Assembly (NCBI GenBank): GCA_951406725.2
Contig: OX597814.1
Location: 37,696,001 to 37,760,000 of the forward strand
DNA: 64,000 bases
Direction of reading: 5' to 3'
DNA from: Octopus vulgaris
Taxonomy: Eukaryota
This document shows, piece after piece, positions 1 to 13,009 of the stretch. The notes under the pieces were generated by a model. It was not told the origin of the DNA, made no database searches, and was given only the letters and a program-made list of their open reading frames with translations. The translations under genes and the position numbers were made by a program. How positions within the stretch are numbered: position 1 is the first letter of the stretch; each line of letters opens with the position of its first letter.

Positions 1-357
1 GTTCCAGTTGAGTATAAATTTCAATTGAATTTTCAGCACGTTTGATGGAATTTGAATACATATTATTAGATAGTGGGTACTATCTCTGATTAGGTTTGAG
101 AGAAAGAGTTTTATTAAACCAAATTTATCCAAAATATATACAAATCAAATTTTCCACTTTATGCACTAAAAAAAGGACTTAAAATTTCAAGACAGCTGGT
201 AATTCTAACATCGACTTATAGTGTCGATTCATTATATGATATGTAATATTTACTGGTATACTTACGACGTGATATAATTAACATGTTCTAACTGTTTCAA
301 AATTTGTTATTATTTAATATCTCACAAACCAAATTCTTCTTCACCTTTATGAATTGA

Positions 358-742
358 CTAGCAGTATCGCCCGGCGTTGCTCAGGTTTGTAAGGGAAATA
401 ACTATAAAGCATTTTTAGAGAGTTATAGCCAAAAAATACCAAAAAAATGGAAAAAAAATTATGGTAAATTTTTTTTTGAGAGTAAAAAAAGGTTGAGTTG
501 CGTCCCCTAGACAGTCTGTGTTTTGTTTTTTTGATTCTCGACCCCATGTCGAATTTATCGATTTTTTCAGAACTGGGGTTAACTTTTCAAAATTTTCGCT
601 GCGTTAGTTTTGAATTATGACATTGGGCTATGTGTGTGTCAAGTTTCATCAGAATCGGTTGAAAGCCGTGGTCAGGGTGAGGTACGAGAAAACAGACACA
701 CAGAAACACGCACAGACAAACTGCCGTTTATATATAGAGAGA
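358..742 (-). mobile_element. Non-autonomous Helitron (copy A)
   Basis: Minus strand begins TCTCTCTATATATAAACGGCAG and ends with the imperfect hairpin CCTGAGCAACGCCGGG followed by CGATACTGCTAG. It sits between A and T with no TSD. The 3' ~115 bp recur at 24940. Confidence 0.8.
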
Positions 743-1674
743 TATCTACAAAATAGGAGTATGTAGAAACAAAACATTGTTTAGATATTTCCATCTGTCA
801 CATTGATTTGTCTGTCCGCATTTAAAATTATTTATGCTAAATCGCAACGACTTGAGTTGAATGATCGGGGTACATTGCCTGGTACATATTTAGAGAAAAT
901 TAACACAGTCAATATTTATCATAATTATATTTCGTAAATCTTGATAGTGTATTATCAATTCTGTTGCAATTTGCAACCTGGGGATGTATAACATATATTA
1001 AATGATTTGGCGTAATTTATCTGATGTATGATTCCCCTTCTGAGACACACAAATACATACATAAATGCTTATTGAGCTGTTTATTTAAGAAGTCATAAAA
1101 TGAAATAGAGATTCCGTTTTGATTCAATTGTAAATGTACTTTAATGCACTTATTTTTAATTTTAGTAATAAATTACTGACTAGTATTATCTTGCATTGTT
1201 ATAATTGCGATCCTTCTACAAATCAGAGGAGCATAGTTTATCGATAATCTTGAAATTCCAATCGAAACCTTTCAAATTACACCGCAGAGAAATTGAATAT
1301 ACACAAGTTTGCTCATATGTCAGTTTCGTAAATGCCACCGCACTTACCGACATGAACAACGAATTTTGAATTTTCTTTTTTATTACTGTAAAAATCTATT
1401 AGAATAATAGGACAGAAATAGTAACACACGAGCGAGAGGAAACTTTTAAATGAGAGAAATTTTATATAACAAAATAGAAACGTAATTACGAGTTATATTT
1501 CTGAACGTTATTTTTGTAATTATTTTTTCTATCATTACTTCAAATATAAAAGAACAATTTATCCAGTAACCAAAAATAGATATAAGTGTATATGAAAATA
1601 TTGGTTATTATACTTATACTTTTATAGTTTTCAAAATTCACAGATAATTTTCTACTCACACATGAATATTTACA

Positions 1675-1715
1675 TACATATATATATATATATATGCATA
1701 CATGGATGAATACAT

Positions 1716-1804
<89 letters not shown>

Positions 1805-1805
1805 A
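1675..1805. repeat. Compound (TA)n/(CA)n microsatellite
   Basis: Directly visible dinucleotide runs. Confidence 0.95.
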
Positions 1806-4571
1806 ATGAATATATATGTATACATATTTCTATATGCTGAGTGAAAGGGGAAGTAAATAAATCATCGACATATCTGTTCATATTTTGTATCATAAAAGTA
1901 TATATTTATCACCCATTATGTATTTTCTTACAGTGCATCCTACATTATATGCATGTATTTGAGTGTATTTCCGTCAGTTTCATTGGGAAATAATTGTGTT
2001 GTTGTGTCCCATTACAAATATAGCAACGTATATTATAATTGCGGTTGTCAAGTATTGAATACTTTCCATAATGCAGCAATTTATACTTGCATTTACTATT
2101 TTAGATATTAATTATTACTATGAAATTCAGATTATTGAGGACAATAACATGCAACACCTGCCAATAATTCTATTTACACACGCACGCACACAGAGTCACA
2201 TATTCAACACACACACATATATATGTGTGTGTGCGTGTGTATTCATATATACATACGTATATGTATATGTATATGTGTGTGTGTGTGTGTGTGTGTGCGT
2301 GTGTGTGTGCCTGCGTATTTATATCTGTATATATAACTAGATATTTGCGCACACGCACGCGCACACACATATGTATACGCATATGTATGTACGTTTGTTA
2401 TATAGTACAATGTTTTTATATACAGCGTTTAGAATTGTCATCCTATTAAATGTTGGAAATTAAATAATTATCTTCAGTTATATGTGTTTCATTGCGTTGC
2501 ATTCGATTCCATATATTTTACAATTAATAAATGTAAGTATTAACAAAAGTTTCTTGGTTAACCCATTGTAATACCACGATACTCAAAAGACATTTATCAA
2601 TGGTATAGAACTTTATGCATAACGTCGAACCATTATTGCATTCTGATGAATATTCTGTTTTCCTTATGGAATTATGAATATTGATGTAACTTGCTCATGT
2701 CCGATTACACATTTATTAATATTATATAATGTCTGAATCAAAGTATTGTTGCGCATATTCCAGATCAACATAAAACGACAGTAAGTAAAAGTCCACCCTT
2801 AAATGAAGTCTACACGTTTTACGATTCGATTGGCCAATTAATTTCTTTCAATATTTTCTCTTAAACATTTATGGTATAATGAAGTTTCTTCAAATAACAG
2901 CTTTCAATCATTATCTTCTCTGAATGTAGATTTATTTTGAAGTTTTCCCATCAAATTCGACACTTACCAGTCACTCAATCGAAAACACTCAAATATGGAT
3001 TTTTCAATTTCTTTAATCTTTTGAATACATGAAAGATATAATGTTAGGAGATTTAAGATACTAAATGCCAGAGAACAAAATTTCTACTGACTGAATTTGT
3101 GTTAGATATATTCAGTTATTTGGTTCTAGGTTCATTCTACTTGAGTGTATAATTTTTATTATATTTGGGTTATTTTCTGAGACACCATTAAAACGTACCA
3201 AAATGTATGTATCCTAAAGTGTACTTCTTGCTAATATTTGTTTAATTTCAAGCATATTGTATTCATGTTACCATTCTATGTAATCGTATATACTTCAAAA
3301 ATTAGGGATCTATGGATTCATCTTATGTTGTGTGTCAACCTTAGATAAAATGATAATTAGGCTGCAAGTAATGCAATATTTGTAATGCAATTTGCAATCC
3401 AAAATTTAAAATTTTTATTTCATTATTATATTTTTCAAAATCCTTCATTTCACAAATTCTTTTTGTCATTTGGTATGTTACAGAGGTACATGGCATAAAA
3501 GCAACGCTGTATTGCTAAATAACGAAATCTGTTAAACAATTCCCTGCTTCTTAAAACTTTCATACCACGTTCTTGATAATCATTATTTTCAACGCAAAAT
3601 ATTCTCGAAACTTTAACTGGGATACAATCATGAAACAACTAAAAGTAATACGGAAATAAGTTATTTCATGGGAGTGGTAGGATAAATAACACGAAGCAAA
3701 TTCATTATAACAAGAAAATTAGCTAGTCAGAAATTTTGTATATGAGATCAAAACAGTAACTACACTAAGAAGCATGGCTGATCCGTAGGAACCGACTTTA
3801 CTACCAGTATAACCCCAGGGAGACGCCTCCTCCAGCAGGTTTGTCGATGCAATCTGCATCCTAAGTATATTGAAAGCAAAAGAGTGAAACCTTACCCTTT
3901 TCCAACGACGGGACCACCAGACTATGCGGTTTAGAGTTAATCTTAATGATCCTCAGTGGCGGCTACTCGTCCACTAGAGATAGTAGTAGTTCACTCAGAC
4001 GAGACGCGCAGTATATAGAAAATTAAGTGACAGCCAGTCCTTGATTTTGCAGCAAGCAAATTAGCTTGTCAGAAACGTTTTATAAGAAAGGAAAGTAGTA
4101 ACTATACTGAGAAGTAATGTTTATATTCTCTTCATATCGTTTGTTCTGTTGATAACCTTCGTTACTATCGTTTCAATTAACTATAATAGATTAACTAATT
4201 ATAGTTGAGGCTAATTGCTGTTGCTTCAAAGGTAATTCGAAAAAATTTCTTACGGTTCATATTTTAAAATATTTTAAAATTATCAGGAAACATGAGTGCA
4301 AATTTTGTTTTCGCTTATATCTCAATGTTGGAGTAAATAGTATCATCAAAATCTAGTGTGGTACACATTAAAAACAAAACAAACCAAAAAGTTAAATATG
4401 TTTTGTAAATCAGGGATTTATTACGCAAAAGTGAATCAGTACATACTATCGTATAAGCCGACGCTGCGTATAAGTTGATGTGAAATTGCTACACCAAAAT
4501 CGTTAGATTTTAGTGTATTTCTCTGTCTACAATAAGCGTAAGGCGTGGAAACTTTGGTGTGAAAGTTTTTA

Positions 4572-4730
4572 GGCGAATACATCGATCCTAGCTGTTAGCT
4601 GGTACTTATTTAATCGAACCCAATAGGCCGAAAGACAAAATCGGCCTCATGAGGACTTCAACTCAGCCCGTAATAGAGACGAAATGCTGCTAAACAGTTT
4701 GTTCGGTGTGCTAAATATTCTGCTAGGTCA
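4572..4730 (-). mobile_element. Degenerate tRNA-derived SINE (family 1)
   Basis: CTGGTACTTATTTAATCGAACCC...TTCAACTCAG...GCTAAATATTCTGCTAG aligns by eye with the copy at 9975-10203. Confidence 0.65.
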
Positions 4731-5944
4731 TAATATCTCTGGTATACAAACCGATGGATCTAAAGAAAGATTTCATCTTCAGAAATAGAAGCCAATTTTA
4801 GTATAACATCCGTAAATCATGATTTTAATTAGAAGGGATATATTTCTCTCCGAAACCATACAGAAATACAAAAGATGTTACAGTAAAAAATCAAATGTGA
4901 GCGACCTACAACTGTCTGAAGCCATATTGAATAGTATTATTAAATTATAAATTGGATAAATATATATAAATATGCTTCCTTAATTTCTGAATTCTAAACT
5001 AATGTAATTAGTGCCAGTGCTTCAATAAATTACAACGGTTAAGTCATTCTTGCTCTTAGTAATTTATCGTAAAGATACTTAAAACGAGGATGAAAGGCTC
5101 TTCCAGGTTATCAAAGATCAATTAAAATACACTCCGATCTTTGAATTCATGCTTCACTATCACTCTGAACAATTGACCATCTAATTATAAATGACTTGCG
5201 GAGGAAACAGATATACGTCCTACTTGTTAGCACAGACCTATCAAAGTGTCGCAACCACAATGAAAACGAATGCCAGTGACTATCATATACCAGGGTTTAC
5301 CGATCCATTTATATGGATATTGACTAGTACATATCTACTGTATTTAAAAATATATTAAAAGAATGTCAATTTTCTTTTAGTACTCTTGAATTTATTTCTT
5401 ATATAGTATTTAAACATTGTGTTGCAGGTATCTAGGTGCATTTGGACAATAGCATTCTCGATGCTCCAATTAATTGATTATACATTTTCTTGTATATAAT
5501 GGCGTAGTAATTTCCTTTTAATTAAAATTACATCTCAAGTGATAATCCTAAACAATTCACACATAACACAAAATTACGGCTTCTGTGTTGGCGGTATGCA
5601 GTATATATATGTCTATGCATGTATGCCCACTCACACAGACCGGCCTCATCCTTCCCACTTTTTGGAGGCACATAATTCTTTGATTTCTGTCTATCATTGG
5701 ATTACGTTACCATTTTATTTATTCGGAGTAAGCCATTTCTACCTCTTTGGTTATGTATATACACATATACAACACACACACGCACACATACACACAGATA
5801 TATAAATACATATGAGTGTGCATGCGTGTATATTTGTCTACCTATTTATCTTAGTGGTTATGTATATATATATATATATGAAAGTGAAAATGAGATAATA
5901 GATCCAAGTCTGTGAAGAGTTTTCAGGACATTTATAATGAAATA

Positions 5945-5992
5945 GTCTTACAGCTGTTTCTGGGACATTGTCGATATAACTTCATCAGAGGC
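5945..5992 (-). ncRNA. Decayed type I hammerhead ribozyme
   Basis: Minus strand reads GCCT-CTGATGA-(broken stem II)-GAAA-CAGCTG-TA-AGAC. It is the homologue of 7178-7226. Confidence 0.55.
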
Positions 5993-7177
5993 AGTGTGAG
6001 AATATGTTTAAGTTCGAATTATAGCAGAAAAGGAGGAGATAGAGAATATAGAGTGAAGTAAGAGAATGAAATTAGAAATAAGATATATAAAGATATTGTA
6101 GTTGCAGTTCCAATATTCGAGGTGTATAGAAGTGGTATAAAATGTTTCTTCTACATGGTATGTAAGTTCCAATAGCAGGTCATGTTTTAAAGTATGGAGC
6201 CGTGGAATCAGTGTCGCTCGTTCGAAATGCTTTTGTGGTGTGAATGATAATTTGAGAATGTATAGGTAGTATTCGTGGATAAATGGTGGGGGGAGAGATA
6301 TGCATGATTAGAAAGGGAAGATAGGTCAAATTTAAAGCAAAAAGAGAATATGAGAGGTAGAAAGATAGAAAACGAAAAAAGAAAAAAGGAGAGAAAAACA
6401 AAGAATGAGTAAAAGTGAAGAAAGGGTGATGGAAGTGAGAAAGGGAATGTGAGTTGATGGTCAGGATTGACCACCACAAATTGGTGATCGGAGGATGGGA
6501 GGAGTGTAGGGGAGGGATAGAAAGAGATGTGTAGGTAAGTAATAAACGAATGTGAGATATGTGAGTAAGGGTGATATGACAGACAACAGTAAGGGATGGA
6601 TGGAGAAAAATTAAGGGTGGGGTGATACCGAATTGAGTAGTAATTTTAGTAGTAAAAGGTGAGGTGGAAGAAAAAATGCAAAGACGTGAAATTTATATAA
6701 ATAAACGTGTGCGATAGGTTAGTGATAGGAAGGAATAGAAGAGAAGGAAAGAAAATATAATGACATACGTAAAAATGCACTCACATACATATATACTTGC
6801 GAATATGTATGCATATATACGCACACATATTATACATAAATATACATACTCCTATACATACACATGCACATATGACAATGCACGCTCACGCGCATCTCTA
6901 CTGCAGTTCATACATGCAGATGTGTACGTACACACGTATATATACACGCACACGTATATATACTCCTATTCACATATCTCACATTCTTTTATTCCTTGCC
7001 TTCTTATCTTTTTCTATACCTCCCACACACTTCTGCCGTCCCCGTCACATTATCTTGACCAGATACTAACACCCACTTTCTAACTTCCTTCACCTTTACT
7101 TTTTCACTCTGTTTTTTTCTCTCTCCCTTTTTTCTTTTTTACTTTTTCTATCTTTCTTCCTCTCATTTTCTCACAAC

Positions 7178-7226
7178 GTCTCTGATGAAGGGATTTCGAT
7201 AATATCCCAGAAACAGCTGTAAAGAC
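7178..7226 (+). ncRNA. Minimal type I hammerhead ribozyme
   Basis: Stem I GTCT/AGAC, core CTGATGA, stem II GGGAT/ATCCC, GAAA, palindromic stem III ACAGCTGT and GUA cleavage triplet. There are extra unpaired A residues at the junctions. Confidence 0.7.
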
Positions 7227-7308
7227 TATTTAATTATAAATGTCCTGAAAACTAAATCAGAACGTTGGATTTTTTAATCTCATTTTGTCTGATATATATA
7301 TATACATA

Positions 7309-8575
7309 CAGGGCGTCCCCAAAAAATGTATACACATTTTAGCAGCTGATAACTCAATTATTTATTCTTTCTTTATAGACTGAACCCATTGGACCGAGTG
7401 ATGGCAGCCAGACTTGACTTTGAAGAAAGGAAATTTATTCTAAAATGCTACTGGAAGTATGAAAACGCAGTAAAAGTGCAAAGACAATTTAGGAGGGAGT
7501 TTAACAAAGAACCACCAACACGAGTTACCATCACTCGAATTAGAGATAAGTTTGAAGCTGATGGAACTGTTCAGGACGTCCATAAGAAGCGTTCCGGAAG
7601 ACCACGTATATCGACAAGCCCCACAAAAGAAGAAAGATTACTGGAAACTTTTCAACGAAGTCCAAGAAAGTCTTTGCGGCAAGCTAGTCGTGAGGTAGGC
7701 ATTTCAAAATCATCTGTCCATCGCATCATGAAACGTTGTCAATGGAGAAGTTACATTCCAAGATTAGTCCATGCTCTTAATGACGATGATCCAGACCGAA
7801 GAGTACAGTATTGCGAGTGGTACTTGGAACGATGTAACGAAGATGCACACTTTCCTACAAAGATTGTGTGGAGTGATGAGGCCACATTCACATTAAATGG
7901 TTCGATTAACAGACACAATTGCACCTACTGGGGACCTGATAATCCACATGTTATGGTCGATCACCATGTTAATTTACCAGGAATTACAGTGTGGTGTGGC
8001 TTATCTTCACGAGGATTAATTCGACCTTTCTTTTTTGACGCTACTGTGACTGGTCCTGTTTACTTGAACTTGCAACAGTCTGTCATGCCAAGCATTAGAG
8101 AGGACTTTGAACAGGAAGAGTTTTATTTCCAGCAAGATGGGGCACCTCCACACTACCATCGCGATGTTAGATCCTTTTTGATGGGATCTTGCCAAACAGG
8201 TGGATTGGACGGAGAGGTTTTGTCGAATACCCTCCACGTTCACCAGACCTCACACCACTAGACTTCTTTTTATGGGGATACCTAAAGGACAAAGTCCTAC
8301 GCACAGAAACCTGCAACAGTCGTTCAATTGAGGGCAACCATTGAACATGAATGTACGAATATCCCAAGGGAATTGTTCCATGATGTGTGCCATTCCATCG
8401 CTTCGCGTTGTCAGCAGTGTCTGGAGCAGAACGGACATCAGTTTGAGAACATGCGATAACAAGACACTAGAATGATATTTGTAAATTCTTTTACATGTTG
8501 AAAATTATTCTAATTATAATAAACCCCAAATTTATAATTATTTAAGGTGTGTATACATTTTTTTGGGACACCCTG
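7309..8575 (+). mobile_element. Tc1/mariner DNA transposon, DD41D (rosa/Visitor) type, full length
   Basis: TIRs CAGGGCGTCCCCAAAAAAATGTATACAC and GTGTATACATTTTTTTGGGACACCCTG, TA dinucleotide on both sides (7307-8, 8576-7), and an internal transposase. Confidence 0.95.
7401..8459 (+). pseudogene. DD41D transposase with two frameshifts
   Basis: HTH region with GRPR and motifs WSDEA and FQQDGAPPH. After a 1-nt deletion near 8180 the frame reads [32 protein letters not shown] 1-nt insertion near 8297 restores the frame to ..NGHQFENMR* at 8459. The reconstruction has 41 residues between the 2nd and 3rd Asp. Confidence 0.9.
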
Positions 8576-9974
8576 TATATATATGGATGCAAATACAAGT
8601 CCCACATTAGAATCCTCATATTATTATCGAGCCAAGAGCTTAACCACGGTCTATTCGTAGCAGTTAGCATTATCCGACACTCTTTGGGTCTTCTAGATAC
8701 CAGTACCTCACTCACACACACATACACACACACACACACACATATGTATATATGTATATACAGTGTGTGGAAGCAAATCTTGGATCAAAATTTAAACTAA
8801 TATTTCACAACGACCGCTATAGTAAATGATATGAAGCTTAATGCAGAACAAAGAGTACATTGTTAGCTAATAATAAACTTTTTTCCTGGGAACATTAGGG
8901 AATAAGTCTGCGCAGGAAGACAAATGTGAAAGAACATGCGATCTGGTCCGAGCAGAATCTCCAGCATAGACAGAGAATCCTTTAGCACAGTTTTATAGAG
9001 CCAAGGAAGAATCGACATGGGCAACGGCATTCAGAGGAAGTCTTGCAGCGGTCGGACAAACAAGAATTGGAATCAAGACTTCATCAACACCCGCAAGTCC
9101 AAAATTTCAACGGATACAACCACAGTAAAGTATAGGAAATATATGAATATATCATGAAGTACAGTTATTTATATATTATAATAGATGAAGAATCGAATAA
9201 GGGGGTATGAATTCTTAATATTGGTGAAGGTAAAAACCTATTGTAATTGTATTGGCTTCTCCAATCTATTAATTGGATATTCCTCCAATGGATTACAAAT
9301 GTGAGTAAAAGTGAATAGATTAAATGATAAATATATCCTGATGCCAGTTATGCTGCACATAATGCAAGGAATATACAGCCAAAATGTTATCACTAATGGA
9401 TACAAAATTTTCGAGGAATGTCCTGTGAAAAGAGAAATGGAACTAGCTTTTTAAAAGGAAGAAAGTATTGTAATCATTGACATCTTTCTGAATTTTACAA
9501 GCAATGCAAATGTAAATTTTTATACCTTCTGCGTGTTGATATATTTCTCTTCTATAGAAATGGAAATATGATATATGTGGCGATTAAATGCGATGCTATA
9601 AATTATAAATCTTCTCAAAGTAGATTGAATTACAATATTAGTATAAGAAAATCATATACATTCGTCATTATTCTCCAGATGGAGTCAAGACTATAATTTA
9701 CGGGAAAAAATGTTATTCTAAATGAAAATGGAATAAGGGTGATTTCTAATATCATTAATGCTATAATATATTAAGTTTCATTGCAATACTTTTGAAGGAA
9801 CTAAGTGGAACATACATGAGTTCGCTAATGATTCACTGTCGTGATTAAATGTATTTGTTGATAAATATATATATAATGTAATCTAAATATTCCAACATTC
9901 AGAAATGGATTGGTGAAAAAGTATGTGCTAGGAACTATTATGTTAAATGTAAGAAGTTATTTTACTATCATAAC

Positions 9975-10203
9975 TTATTTCTTTATTGCCCAAAAGGGGA
10001 TAAACATAGAAGGGACAAACAAGGACAAACAAAGGGAGTAGGTCGATTATATCTACCCTAGTGCGTTACTGGTACTTAATTTATCGATCCCGAAAGGATG
10101 AAAGGCAAGGTCGACCTCGGCGGAATTTGAAATCAGAACGCAACGGCAGACAAAATACCGCCAAGTTCGCCCTGTGTGCTAACGTTTCTGCCAACTCGCC
10201 ACC
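9975..10203 (-). mobile_element. tRNA-derived SINE (family 1), complete with tail
   Basis: Minus strand has a GGTGGCGAGTTGGCAGAAACGTTAGC head, B-box-like GATTTCAAATTCC, core GCCTTTCATCCTTTCGGGATCGATAAATTAAGTACCAG and tail ..CCCCTTTTGGGCAATAAAGAAATAA. It matches 59236-59466. Confidence 0.9.
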
Positions 10204-10920
10204 TGACTCATGTTTCTATACATGCGGTGGTATTTGATGCAATTTTACGAACACATGTTGGAATAAAAATATAATTGTCTGTGAAATATCAAAGGCAATA
10301 ATTTAGATAACAACAACAATTTATTACCTCAATTTTGTTGGACTCATAACTGATTCGATTGATAAATTTCTGGCGCAAAATGTACAAAGTTTTGAAACTT
10401 GTATATGATTGGCTATATAAGTGCGCCTGTTGGTGGAAATGATTAAAAATTTTTGCTGGGAAAAGCTGATAAACATATAATGATTTTGAGTAAAATGAGA
10501 ATAATCCATATTAAGATTATGATTCACTGGTTTACAGTTCAAATGGTTATAATGAAACAAAATTGGTATATATTTATAAAAACGTTACTTTTAAGAACAT
10601 ATATTTAATATCCTCAATATCAAATCTGGTCTGAAGACAAAAACATCTGAACACTAACCTTCCGTGCTGACTGCTTAATGTAAGATATTGCATTACTAAA
10701 TATCAGGTATTTAGATATAATTTAAATATAATGTGAAATATAATTCATTAGATTTTTCCTTCTAGTATCTCTAATTTCCAAATATTCCATATGCTTCCAC
10801 CAACTCTGATAGAAGTATGTACAAGCTTTTTATTCTTTAGTTATCATTTTTGAATCTTACATGTTTCAGTCATTAGAGTACGTACCTATTATGGCAATAT
10901 ATATATATATATATATATAT

Positions 10921-11075
10921 ACGATGGGCTTCTTTCGGTTTTCGTCTACCAAATCCTCTCACAAGGCTTTGATCGGCCCTAGAGTAGAAGACACTGCTCA
11001 AGGTGCGATGCAATGGGACTGAACCCGGAACAATGTTGTTGGTAAGCAAGCTACTTACCATACAGCTAGTCCTGC
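10921..11075 (-). mobile_element. tRNA-derived SINE (family 2)
   Basis: Minus strand has A-box-like GCTGTATGGTAAG, B-box GGTTCAGTCCC, CORE-like CTTGAGCAGTGTCTTCTACT and a (TA)n tail. Related copies lie at 17125 and 57786. Confidence 0.85.
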
Positions 11076-11214
11076 ATAAATACATACATACGTAAGTCCG
11101 TGCAAAAATTTATTCGGGCATTTACGCACATCCAGAGAGGAAATACGGGAAATTGCGTATGTATATATGTAAAGTCTCTCTCTCTCTCACACACACGTAC
11201 ACAACCACACTATC

Positions 11215-11330
<116 letters not shown>

Positions 11331-12053
11331 AAAAAGACAGTCAGGGAGACAGACAGACGCAGAGAGTAAACAGGGATTAAGAGGGAGCGGTAAATCGGAA
11401 CGTGTCTGTGAGTGAGTAGAAGATACAAATTAGTGAATTCATCTGGTTCACTTCGTCCCCTCTCAAATCGTAATGAATTGTTTTTAGATATGAAGATAAC
11501 ATTTAGTAATGTGCAGCACATCCCATATAGGTGCCTATATTTACGTAATGCTAATGTCTGATAATGGTATGATTGTAGTATTATCTGATATATATATATG
11601 CTCGTCCGTTATTATTGCATATATTCATCGAGGAAATAAGAACTAAATATTGAATATGGCGTTATTTTATCTGAACAACTCATGGATATAAAATGTCACG
11701 TAACTATAATGATGATTGATCGCATATGATACTCATATGACAATGGCTATTTTGACACGTTTACATATATGTGTGTATAAGTATAATTCTAGCTTATCAA
11801 AATGTGTTATTTTCCGGAAATAGGAATTAAAATAATGTATTCCTATATTAATATAAAATAAGTTAAACGTTGATAAATGAACATAGATTTTGAAGAAGAG
11901 TACCATTCATACTTTTAAACATGTTCAGTTGATAAAAGGTGATAAGAATCTATTTTGATAACAGGTTATTGTGATAATTACATGTGAAAACCCAAAACAA
12001 ATCAATCAAAACATTTATTAAAACCACATTCGCACACATAAACAGACACATGA

Positions 12054-12087
<34 letters not shown>

Positions 12088-12093
<6 letters not shown>

Positions 12094-12885
12094 AAGGGTG
12101 AAATTAATTAATTAGGGATAATTATCAATTACACCAAGTAGATTTCGGCATGTAAAAGCCCCATTCGAGGAAAATTTAAGTAATACTAAGTAGTTAAGGG
12201 TTTAGCAACGAATTGCCTCACCAACACACCGAATTTAGAAATAGCAGTCAAAGAGATATAGCTATTCCTTCTACTAAAAGGGGGATCTCAGTAAAAACAC
12301 AGCACTTGAAAGGCAAACACAGACAGGTAAGAAAGAAAGAATGAAATGACGGCAATCTATCATGCAATTTTAAGTTACCTACGGACGTACGTTTCGAGAT
12401 CAAGTTTTAGGATAGCATAAGAATTAGAAAATTCTACTTTACCCAAACTTCTTCTCTCATCGGCGCAGGATACCACAATTATGAATAATTGTATATTAAA
12501 TTTTGAGATACTAGAATGCATCATCTCAACTCAGTGTCAGAGCGAGCCAAAGCATGACCAGTACCACGAAATTCAAAGTTTGAATGAAAGTTTGTGTCAC
12601 CAGCCCCCTCCCACCCGCGTGTAGCCAAGACAGAATGCTGCGGTCATTTACTGGGATAAAATATGGTTATCAGTAATAATAAAGGGTGAAATTAATTAAT
12701 TAGGGATAATTATCAATTACACCAAGTAGATTTCGGCATGTAAAAGCCCCATTCGAGGAAAATTTAAGTAATACTAAGTAGTTAAGGGTTTAGCAACGAA
12801 TTGCCTCACCAACACACCCTTTGACTGCTATTTCTAAATTCGGTGTGTTGGTGAGGCAATTCGTTGCTAAACCCTTAACTACTTA
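12088..12885 (-). mobile_element. Non-coding hammerhead-containing retroelement (retrozyme or non-autonomous Penelope-like), 588-bp period
   Basis: 12088-12230 is repeated identically at 12676-12818. 12819-12885 is the exact reverse complement of 12187-12253. One hammerhead lies at 12378-12469, and no ORF of 60 aa or more is listed. Confidence 0.8.
12378..12469 (-). ncRNA. Type I hammerhead ribozyme with long stem II and U4C core variant
   Basis: Minus strand reads CCTGCG-CCGATGA-GAGA..AAGTTT.GGGTA..AGAATT-TTCT-AATTCT..TATCC..AAACTT..TCTC-GAAA-CGTACG-TC-CGTAGG. It has a 6-bp stem I, a palindromic stem III and a GUC cleavage site. Confidence 0.8.
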
Positions 12886-13009
12886 AGACAATAGACAGTA
12901 AACAAATGTTACCTCAGTCTGATGGCTGTGGGGAGCTGTCACTTCCCATCATGCCCATCAAAATAAAGTTGAGATTTTTCATTTAAATTAATACTTTGTA
13001 CTATAGCCA

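Larger units (their letters stand above)
5887..7290. mobile_element. Inverted pair of non-coding Penelope-like terminal repeats, each with a hammerhead motif
   Basis: 5887-6005 is the diverged reverse complement of ~7168-7287 (shared AGTTTTCAGGACATTTATAAT and TACAGCTGTTTCTGGGA). 6343-6570 matches the reverse complement of ~6962-7172. Confidence 0.7.

Noticed and set aside
1540-2449. ORFs rich in YI/CV/HT dipeptides (also at 11.1-11.5, 17.4-18.2, 33.3-33.8, 36.4-36.9, 38.9-39.7 and 53.4-54.2 kb)
   Set aside because: They are translations of (TA)n/(CA)n microsatellites, which lack stop codons. They are not genes.
4437-4480. CGTATAAGCCGAC..CGTATAAGTTGA, reminiscent of a pogo/Tigger TIR
   Set aside because: No matching opposite end or transposase was found nearby.
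8880-9130. GC-richer block as an exon or RTE C-terminus
   Set aside because: No long open frame is present and there are only faint LINE-like words, so it cannot be assigned.
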